The translations under genes and the position numbers were made by a program. A stretch of DNA of 64,000 nt from a bacterium (GTDB lineage: Bacteria; Actinomycetota; Acidimicrobiia; Spongiisociales; Spongiisociaceae), in assembly GCA_028820935.1 (NCBI GenBank), contig JAPPHZ010000011.1, positions 5,797 to 69,796 on the forward strand, in the 5' to 3' direction. Positions 57,199 through 64,000 of this stretch are shown piece by piece. The notes beneath the pieces were generated by a model that was not told the origin of the DNA, made no database searches, and saw only the letters and a program-made list of their open reading frames with translations. Positions within the stretch are counted from its first letter, which is position 1. Each line of letters opens with the position of its first letter.

Positions 57199-58557
57199 AT
57201 GAGAAGCAAGATACGGTATCTGTTCGTCTTCGTCCTCGCATTTTCGTTCGCCCTTGCCGCCTGTCAGTCGGCTGATGAAGAACCAGCACCGGCTGAGGAG
57301 GCTGCTCCGGTCGAGGAGGCTGCTCCCGTCGAGGAGGCTGCTCCGGTCGAGGAGGTGGAGCCCGTAACGCTCCGCTTCATGTTCCCTGAAGGCGCTGGTC
57401 GCGGACCCGGCTTTGAATCGGCAATCGCTGCCTATCAGGAGATGAATCCTCACGTTACGATCGAGATGGAATCAGTTCCGTTCCGGGAGTATGGTGGCCT
57501 GCTGCCCGTCCAGTTCGCTGGTGATAGCCCAGCCGACGTCGCCTTGGTTGATAGCTCTGCGGTGATCTCCTACGCGTATAACGGAGCCATCGTTCCTTTG
57601 GATGACATCTTTGAGCAATCCGATGTGGACGATTTCCTTCCCAGCCTGGTAGCTCAAGCAACTCACGAAGGCAGCATGTATGCCGGACCGTTCTTCATAT
57701 CAACGCAGGGCGTGTTCTACAACGTGGATATGTTCGCGGCAGCAGGAGTCGAGCCGCCGACCACTGTGGAGGACGCCTGGACCTGGCCGGAATTCGTAGA
57801 GAACGTCTCCAAGGTAGCGGCGAGCGCAGAGAGCGATGCGGGTGATGTCTGGGGGCTGGTGTTCCTGTCGAACCCTCCAGGAAGCATCTCATGGTCGCTG
57901 CCGGTAATCCGCAGCAATGGCGAGCCGGGCTCGAACACGTTCATGGCCCTCTCGGCTGACGGTACAGAAGTGTCGGGATACCTGGACACCCCTGAGGCCA
58001 TGGAAGCCTATCAATTCTGGCAGGATCTGTATGTGGAACATGGTCTTGCGCCTCAAGGTGATGTACCGGACGCGTTCGGTAACGGACAAGCTGCGACGAT
58101 GATCTCGTTCTCAGCGTGGGGCAGCGTGCTCAATAACGTGTTCCCGGACCTCAATTGGGATATCATGCCGATTCCCTATCTTGAGACGCATGTCGTGCAC
58201 GCCAGCCACTTCATGCCCACGGTCGCGTCTAAGAGCGACAACCAGGATGAGGCCAAGGCCTTTGTACAGTTCCTCTCAAGCATCGAGGGCTTTAGGGCTT
58301 ACTATGAGGTAACGAGTGATATGCCCGCACGCGTTTCCTTGCTGAACGAGCTCGAAGAGTTTCAGGTCCGTCCGCTTAGCATCTTCAAAGATGAGCTCCT
58401 CACGGTTGCCTACGCAGCACCTGGTGGTCCCGGCGGCGCGATATACGCCGAAATCGTCGGCGACCTGATGCTGGACATCGCACAGGGAGCGGACATTGAG
58501 GCAGCTGTAGACGCAGCTGTTACTGAACTCGATGCCCAGTTGGCTCAATTCGGATAG
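57199..58557 (+). CDS. ABC transporter substrate-binding lipoprotein (family 1, carbohydrate type) with an (EEAAPV)3 linker
   Basis: A lipobox LAAC is present. The tandem 18-bp DNA repeat GAGGAGGCTGCTCCGGTC x3.5 lies at 57295-57366. Confidence 0.8.
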   Translation: MRSKIRYLFVFVLAFSFALAACQSADEEPAPAEEAAPVEEAAPVEEAAPVEEVEPVTLRFMFPEGAGRGPGFESAIAAYQEMNPHVTIEMESVPFREYGGLLPVQFAGDSPADVALVDSSAVISYAYNGAIVPLDDIFEQSDVDDFLPSLVAQATHEGSMYAGPFFISTQGVFYNVDMFAAAGVEPPTTVEDAWTWPEFVENVSKVAASAESDAGDVWGLVFLSNPPGSISWSLPVIRSNGEPGSNTFMALSADGTEVSGYLDTPEAMEAYQFWQDLYVEHGLAPQGDVPDAFGNGQAATMISFSAWGSVLNNVFPDLNWDIMPIPYLETHVVHASHFMPTVASKSDNQDEAKAFVQFLSSIEGFRAYYEVTSDMPARVSLLNELEEFQVRPLSIFKDELLTVAYAAPGGPGGAIYAEIVGDLMLDIAQGADIEAAVDAAVTELDAQLAQFG

Positions 58558-58690
58558 TCCTAGGCCAGGTACGCCCTCTACCAGATTGCCGCTCTCAACT
58601 CGCTTGGAGAGCGGCAATCTGGGTTAACTCGAGTTTCGTGATCTCTATCCAGGCCCGGGAACGGCCTCGGGTGGCCCAAGGACCGACAAT

Positions 58691-59566
58691 ATGGATATAA
58701 GGAAACCTAGTGCGCATGCGATAGAGCGCTATCGCTCCGCACTTCTCTTAAGCTTGCCGGCGCTCGTTGGCCTTGCCATCTTCTGGTACTGGCCGACGAT
58801 TCAAGCTGTGATTCTGGGATTCCAGGACTACAACCTGATGTCCGGCAGCCAAGCATGGACCGGTTTCGACAACTATCGAACTGCAGCAACCGACCCGCTG
58901 CTCGGCCTTACCTTCTTGAACACAGCGATCTATTTTCTTATGGAAGTTCCACTACAAATGGCCCTGGCCCTCGCCCTGGCACTACTCGTACGGCGTGGTC
59001 CGGCTTGGCTCCGCACCATCATATTGGTCCCAACTGTTACTTCGATGGTTGTCGTGAGTGTGATATGGGGGTTGATGTATCATCCAAACAGCGGCTTGAT
59101 CAACAGCCTGCTGGCCGGTGTCGGTGTGCCGCCTCAGCCGTTCCTCACCAGCTCGCAACAGGCCATGCCCTCGATTGCGCTGCTCATGATCTGGAAGAAC
59201 GTCGGCTTCAGCATGCTGTTCTTCCTGGCCGGCTTGGTGAGCATCCCGCGGAACTACTATGAGGCGGCCGCGACGGACGGTGCGAACGGCCGTCAACTCT
59301 TTCGTTATATCACCCTCCCGCTGCTGCGCGGCACTGTGGTGTTCTTGCTCATCACTAACACGGTTACTGCGTTCAAGGTGTTTACCCCCATCTTCCTGAT
59401 TACAGAAGGCGGACCCATCAATGCTACTCGGGTTGTTGTGCTCTATATATTTGAGAACGCGTTTCGCTTCAACAAGATGGGATATGCCGCAGCGATATCC
59501 GTGTTGCTTGCCCTGTTCCTACTGGTCATAAGCGTCTACTCGCTTCGCGCGTCCAGGGCGAGGTGA
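58691..59566 (+). CDS. ABC transporter permease (MalF/UgpA-like)
   Basis: The EAA-loop region is present with 6 TM segments. Confidence 0.85.
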   Translation: MDIRKPSAHAIERYRSALLLSLPALVGLAIFWYWPTIQAVILGFQDYNLMSGSQAWTGFDNYRTAATDPLLGLTFLNTAIYFLMEVPLQMALALALALLVRRGPAWLRTIILVPTVTSMVVVSVIWGLMYHPNSGLINSLLAGVGVPPQPFLTSSQQAMPSIALLMIWKNVGFSMLFFLAGLVSIPRNYYEAAATDGANGRQLFRYITLPLLRGTVVFLLITNTVTAFKVFTPIFLITEGGPINATRVVVLYIFENAFRFNKMGYAAAISVLLALFLLVISVYSLRASRAR

Positions 59567-60474
59567 TCAACAATGACTCGAACCTCCCGACTCTCATGTA
59601 CTCGAGAATAGTAGGGCGGCGATCTGATCGCCTGACCGGCCCACGCCAACGTAGCTGGGCCGTGCTCCGCTTGCCGGTAGTGATCGGGGTCGCCTTCTTC
59701 TTTGTCTTCCCGTACCTTTGGTTGGCGGGCTCATCCTTTAGGCCCCGGGAGGAGATCTTCCGTTACGTAAATCCGGTCTCGTGGCGAACCTTTATCCCAC
59801 TGGCGCCTACGCTTGACAACTTTCGCCATTTGTTCTTCGAGCGCAACTTTGGTCGGGCACTGGCTAACAGCATGGTCATCGCACTCGTCACAGTAGCCAT
59901 TACATTGTTCATCGGTAGTATGATTGCCTTTGCCCTTGCCCGAATAAAGTTTCCCGGCCGCGAAATCGTGTTCGTGTTGATCCTCGCTACGATTCTGATT
60001 CCGTTTGAGACGATCATGGTCTCGGTGTTCTTGACTATACAGCGCCTGGGACTGTTCGATACCTATGCGGCTCTATTCTTACCCTGGGTTACGGATGCCT
60101 TTATCATTTTCCTGCTTAGGCAGCATTTTCGAGATATCCCTGATGAGCTACAGGACGCTGCCATCGTAGATGGTTGCTCGTTATTCCGGGTCTACTGGAA
60201 CGTGATGTTGCCAAACATACGGCCCGCGCTGGTCAGCGCTGCCTTTGTCAAGTTCGTGTTTTCGTGGGACGCGTTCCTCTGGCCGCTTATCGTCACCCGA
60301 GACCCGGATCTGACGGTGGTCCAGCTGGCGATCTCTCGTCTCTTTACGGACCAAAATGTCTTATGGGAACTCATCTTCGCAGGCGCGTTCATCGGCACTG
60401 TGCCACTTATCATTCTCTTCCTGTTCTTACAGCGTTACTACGTCGAAGGGGTGGTCACCAGCGGATTCAACTGA
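59563..60474 (+). CDS. ABC transporter permease (MalG/UgpE-like)
   Basis: The EAA motif region DAAIVDGCS is present. It overlaps the previous permease by 4 nt. Confidence 0.85.
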   Translation: MINNDSNLPTLMYSRIVGRRSDRLTGPRQRSWAVLRLPVVIGVAFFFVFPYLWLAGSSFRPREEIFRYVNPVSWRTFIPLAPTLDNFRHLFFERNFGRALANSMVIALVTVAITLFIGSMIAFALARIKFPGREIVFVLILATILIPFETIMVSVFLTIQRLGLFDTYAALFLPWVTDAFIIFLLRQHFRDIPDELQDAAIVDGCSLFRVYWNVMLPNIRPALVSAAFVKFVFSWDAFLWPLIVTRDPDLTVVQLAISRLFTDQNVLWELIFAGAFIGTVPLIILFLFLQRYYVEGVVTSGFN

Positions 60475-60493
60475 GGTAGGCGGGCTGGCGCCC

Positions 60494-61918
60494 ATGACGA
60501 GTCCGAAGGGCACGAACATGCTTCTGATCAACAACGTGACGGCGGTGACGGTCGATGCGCAGCGGCGCATCATCACCGACGCCGCGATCGCCGTGGCGGG
60601 CGACCGCATCGCCGATGTCGGTAAAGCGTCCGATTTGTCCCTCCGCCACCCGGATGCGGAGCGACTCGACGGCCATGGAATGCTGGCCTTGCCCGGGCTG
60701 ATCGATGCCCACGCTCACTCGGATCAGGCGCTGCTGCGGGGTGCCGCCGACGACCTGCCCTGGAGACCCTTTCTCCGGGAGGTGATCTGGCCGCTGCTGA
60801 ATCAGCGCACCCAGGAGGATGCCCGGATCAGTCTGAAACTGTGCATGCTGGAGATGATCAAGTCCGGCACGACCTGCTTTGTCGACTCGATAGTGCCGAG
60901 CCACTATGACTTCGACGGGCTGGCGCAGGCGGTGGTTGACATGGGGATGCGTGCCGTGCTGGCGAAGTACGTCCTGCCGGACGCTTTGTTCGCGCGCGAC
61001 GAGAGCATTGTGGATACCGGCGGGTTCAGCGGGGAGGAGGAGTCCCTGGCCGACGCCGAGCGGGGGATTGGCGCCTGGCACGATGCGGCCGGTGGCCGGC
61101 TGCAGGTGTGGCTCGGGCCCTTGGTGCCGCGGGAGGAGCCACCAGCCAGCGCCTCGCCGGACTTCTACCGCAGGGTCTCTCGGCTCGCTGCGAAACATGG
61201 CACGGGGATCACCGTCCATTTCGCCGGCACCATCGACGATCCTCCCTTCTTCCACCGGGAGTTCGGCATGCTTCCGGCCGAGTTCGCCCGTCGCTACGAC
61301 CTCCTGGGGCCCAACGTGCTGCTCATCAACGGCACCTGGTTTTCCGAGGAGGAGATCCCGATCCTTGCCGAAACCGATACCCGGCTGGTCCACAGCCCCT
61401 CGGCCAACATGAAGATGGGGGAGGGCTTCGCCAAGGTACCGCAGATGCGCAACGCCGGGGTTACGGTGGCGCTGGGCTGTGATGCCGGGGCCAACAACAA
61501 CTGCCATGACATGATCCGTGAGATGAAAGCGGCCTCGCTGCTGCACAACGTGAGGATGATGGACCCCACAACGCTGACAGCCGAGGATGCCCTGGAGATG
61601 GCGACGATCGAAGGGGCCCGTGCCATAGGGCGCGGTGACCAGTTGGGGTCGCTGGAGGCAGGGAAGCAGGCAGACGTGATCCTGGTCGACCTGCGGCGGC
61701 CGCACACGATGCCGGTCCATGATCCGATCGCCAACCTCGTGTATTCCGCGCATGGAGGCAACGTGGACACGGTGATCGTGGCAGGGCAGGTGTTGATGCG
61801 GGGCCGGCAGGTGCTCGTGGCCGACGAGGCGGCAATCCTGGAGGAGGCTCAGGAGCGGGGTCCGGCGCTGTTGAACAGGGCGGGGATCGAGGTGGCCCCG
61901 GTATGGCCCGTGGAGTGA
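60494..61918 (+). CDS. Amidohydrolase, TRZ/ATZ/MtaD/SsnA-like nucleobase or nucleoside deaminase
   Basis: The GLIDAHAHS metal site and a late HxxxxD pattern are present. The start is at MTSPKG (60494). Confidence 0.75.
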   Translation: MTSPKGTNMLLINNVTAVTVDAQRRIITDAAIAVAGDRIADVGKASDLSLRHPDAERLDGHGMLALPGLIDAHAHSDQALLRGAADDLPWRPFLREVIWPLLNQRTQEDARISLKLCMLEMIKSGTTCFVDSIVPSHYDFDGLAQAVVDMGMRAVLAKYVLPDALFARDESIVDTGGFSGEEESLADAERGIGAWHDAAGGRLQVWLGPLVPREEPPASASPDFYRRVSRLAAKHGTGITVHFAGTIDDPPFFHREFGMLPAEFARRYDLLGPNVLLINGTWFSEEEIPILAETDTRLVHSPSANMKMGEGFAKVPQMRNAGVTVALGCDAGANNNCHDMIREMKAASLLHNVRMMDPTTLTAEDALEMATIEGARAIGRGDQLGSLEAGKQADVILVDLRRPHTMPVHDPIANLVYSAHGGNVDTVIVAGQVLMRGRQVLVADEAAILEEAQERGPALLNRAGIEVAPVWPVE

Positions 61919-61928
61919 GGAGGAAGAC

Positions 61929-62717
61929 ATGGGAGACTATTTGACGGAGCGCTTCTTGCGGTTGCCGGACGGTTCGCTGCCGCACATGGGCGTGAAGGGC
62001 GGCGGGGACGTTGCTCCATATGTCCTGCTCTCAGGCGACCCCGGTCGCGTTGAGAAAATCAGGACCTGGCTGGACAGGGCGGACGCGGTTGGCAGGGAAC
62101 GCGGCTACGTCGCCTACACCGGCTCATATCGAGGTACGCCGGTGACGCTGGCATCGAGCGGAGTCGGCGCCCCTTCCGTCGCGATAGCGGTCGAAGAGTT
62201 GGCGTTGGCCGGGGGGAGGGTCTTCATCCGAGTCGGCAGCTGTGCGAGCATCGCGGAGGACATTCCAATCGGTGATGTGGTCATCGGCACGGCCGGCGTT
62301 CGGGATGAGGGCCTGAGCCATACGTACGCGCCCCCCATCTATCCGGCGATCGCTGATCCCGACGTGGTCGCCGCCCTCCGGGCCACCGCGGAGGCGGGGG
62401 GTACGCCATACCATCTGGGGCTGGTGCGAAGCACCGATTCGTTCTATGAGGGGGAGCGCAAGGTCGAGATCATCGACCAATGGCGGGAACTACGCGTTCT
62501 CGTCTTTGAGATGGAAAGCTCGGCGCTCTTCACCGTGGCCATGGTCCGTGGCCTGGCCAGTGGCTCGATTCTCGTACCCGGCTCCAACCTGGTGACAGGC
62601 CAGAAGAGCACCTATCAGGGCCAGCAACTGGAGGAATACACCGCGGGGATCGACGCGGCCATCGCTACCGCATTGGGTGCCGTCGAGCGCCTGCATGCGG
62701 CTTCTGAGCAGAGATGA
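61929..62717 (+). CDS. Nucleoside phosphorylase (PNP/UDP family 1)
   Basis: The GDPGRV and SSGVGAPS motifs are present, with DeoD/Udp-like length. Confidence 0.7.
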   Translation: MGDYLTERFLRLPDGSLPHMGVKGGGDVAPYVLLSGDPGRVEKIRTWLDRADAVGRERGYVAYTGSYRGTPVTLASSGVGAPSVAIAVEELALAGGRVFIRVGSCASIAEDIPIGDVVIGTAGVRDEGLSHTYAPPIYPAIADPDVVAALRATAEAGGTPYHLGLVRSTDSFYEGERKVEIIDQWRELRVLVFEMESSALFTVAMVRGLASGSILVPGSNLVTGQKSTYQGQQLEEYTAGIDAAIATALGAVERLHAASEQR

Positions 62718-64000
62718 AGACCGCCTCCTCGATCCTGATCCGGAACGGGTCGCTCATCACGATGAACGCCGACCGCCAGATCCTGGATGGGAGCCTCTAT
62801 ATCGAGGATGGGCGTATCCTCGAGATCCCGTCCGCGCGGACGAAGGCCGACACGGTCATCGACGCGACCGATTGCCTGGTAACACCCGGGTTCGTCCAAA
62901 CCCACGTCCATTTGTGCCAGACCCTCTTTCGTGGAATGGCGGACGACATGGACGTGATCGATTGGCTCCGTCTGCGTATCTGGCCGCTCGAGCAGGCCCA
63001 CGATGAGCAGTCCATATACGACTCAGCGCGCCTGGGCATAGCCGAGTTGATTCGCGGCGGGACGACCTGCGCGCTCACGATGGAGACCGTCCGTCACACC
63101 GAAGAGGCGTTCCGGGCTGTGCTCGAAACCGGCTTCCGGGCGGTCAGCGGCAAAGCGATGATGGACCGCTGGGAGCCTGGAACCGAGATGATCGGGGAGG
63201 AGACCAAGGCCTCGCTCGAGGCGAGCCTCGAGCTTGTAGAAGAGTTTCACGGCAAGGGCGGCGGCCGGCTGCAGGTCGCGTTCTGCCCCCGTGGTTCACG
63301 CAATTGCACCGAGGGTCTATGGGCGGACATAGTCGCGCTGGCCGGCGAACACGATACGGTCATCCACACGCACGCCGCCGAGAACGAAACGCAGACCGAG
63401 CGTCTCGCGATCGATAGCACGACCGATATCGAGTATCTGCATGGCCTGGGTGCGACGGGCCCGCGATTGGTCGCCGCGCACTGCATTTGGGTGACCGAAC
63501 CCGAGATCGAGATCCTGGCGGAGACCGGGACCAAGGTGGCCCATTGTCCTTCGTGCAACATGAAACTCGCCTCCGGTTTCGCACCGGTGCCGGAGTTCCT
63601 CGAGAGAGGCGTCGTCGTGGGCCTCGGCGCGGATGGTGCCCCCTGCAACAACAACCTGGACATGTTCCAGGAGATGCGCCTGGCATCGCTCATGCACAAG
63701 CCCCGGATCGGCCCTCGTGGTATGCCGGCGATGTCCGTGCTGGAGATGGCCACTCTGGGGGGAGCAAGGGCGCTCGGACTGGAGGACGAACTCGGATCTC
63801 TCGAGCCCGGAAAACGGGCCGATGTGATCGTGATCCGCCGCGACGGGCTCCACACCCAACCCCATGCCGGTGTTGACCCGATCGCGCAAGTGGTGTACGA
63901 GCACAGGGCGTCTGATGTCGATAGCGTGATCATCGACGGAAAGGTCCTCGTTCGTGGGGGCGAGTTCACGGAGCTCGATCCGATGGAGATCCGCGCCCGT
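62714..64000 (+). CDS. Second TRZ/ATZ/MtaD-like amidohydrolase, 3' end beyond window
   Basis: The sequence MKTASSILIRNGSLITMN...PGFVQTHVHLCQT...HTHAAEN...HCPSCNMKLASG is present. It overlaps the PNP stop (ATGA). Confidence 0.75.
   Translation, partial: MKTASSILIRNGSLITMNADRQILDGSLYIEDGRILEIPSARTKADTVIDATDCLVTPGFVQTHVHLCQTLFRGMADDMDVIDWLRLRIWPLEQAHDEQSIYDSARLGIAELIRGGTTCALTMETVRHTEEAFRAVLETGFRAVSGKAMMDRWEPGTEMIGEETKASLEASLELVEEFHGKGGGRLQVAFCPRGSRNCTEGLWADIVALAGEHDTVIHTHAAENETQTERLAIDSTTDIEYLHGLGATGPRLVAAHCIWVTEPEIEILAETGTKVAHCPSCNMKLASGFAPVPEFLERGVVVGLGADGAPCNNNLDMFQEMRLASLMHKPRIGPRGMPAMSVLEMATLGGARALGLEDELGSLEPGKRADVIVIRRDGLHTQPHAGVDPIAQVVYEHRASDVDSVIIDGKVLVRGGEFTELDPMEIRAR

Noticed and set aside
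63247-63969. 240-aa minus-strand ORF at the right edge
   Set aside because: Antisense to a clear partial amidohydrolase (HTHAAEN, HCPSCNMKLASG) on the plus strand.

Overview
This is a high-GC, densely coding bacterial chromosome segment with about 60 protein genes; composition and gene content look actinobacterial or Chloroflexi-like. I found no rRNA, tRNA, CRISPR array, transposase or integrase.

Genes in order:
- 138-2939: a large McrB-family AAA+ GTPase at the left edge, with a roughly 600-aa N-terminal region of unknown function. A McrC-like partner would lie off-window.
- 3019-10579: acyl-CoA synthetase, an amidohydrolase_2 protein, a secreted cell-wall amidase with S-layer-homology repeats, a ferredoxin, a YczE-like membrane protein, a phosphotransferase and a Site-2 protease.
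- 10580-13489: an AT-rich intergenic region followed by two membrane-anchored hypothetical proteins and an orphan HicB-like gene.
- 13556-16764: a phosphohexomutase plus aldehyde dehydrogenase pair, bracketed by opposite-oriented heptanucleotide arrays.
- 17006-23806: a squalene-synthesis operon hpnC-hpnD-hpnE plus a polyprenyl synthase, a lone ABC ATPase, then ispH.
- 23720-27129: an MpaB-like oxygenase plus MMPL transporter operon.
- 27359-35139: ppc, then an OpuA-type glycine-betaine ABC transporter with two unusual architectures.
- 35336-43558: a formate module: fhs, a VOC protein, a selenocysteine formate dehydrogenase with a split and permuted alpha subunit plus a NuoE-NuoF fusion, and an MFS transporter.
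- 43684-50009: the conserved block truA-rplM-rpsI-glmM, a glmS ribozyme, glmS and acpS.
- 50040-56899: an aminotransferase, a family-III CoA-transferase overlapped by a phd/yefM-vapC toxin-antitoxin pair, a sterol-type SAM methyltransferase, then a DUF2238-like membrane protein, a CPBP protease and an MBL-fold hydrolase.
- 57199-64000: a sugar or nucleoside ABC uptake system followed by amidohydrolase, nucleoside phosphorylase, amidohydrolase.

Most unusual non-coding signals:
- Tandem 7-bp arrays (TTGCTAG)n and (CAACTAG)n sit in both orientations immediately after stop codons or before start codons at several gene boundaries.
- An in-frame TGA with a SECIS-like hairpin lies inside the formate dehydrogenase gene.
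- A glmS ribozyme lies upstream of glmS.

Several long ORFs on the opposite strand of real genes are GC-skew artefacts and were rejected.
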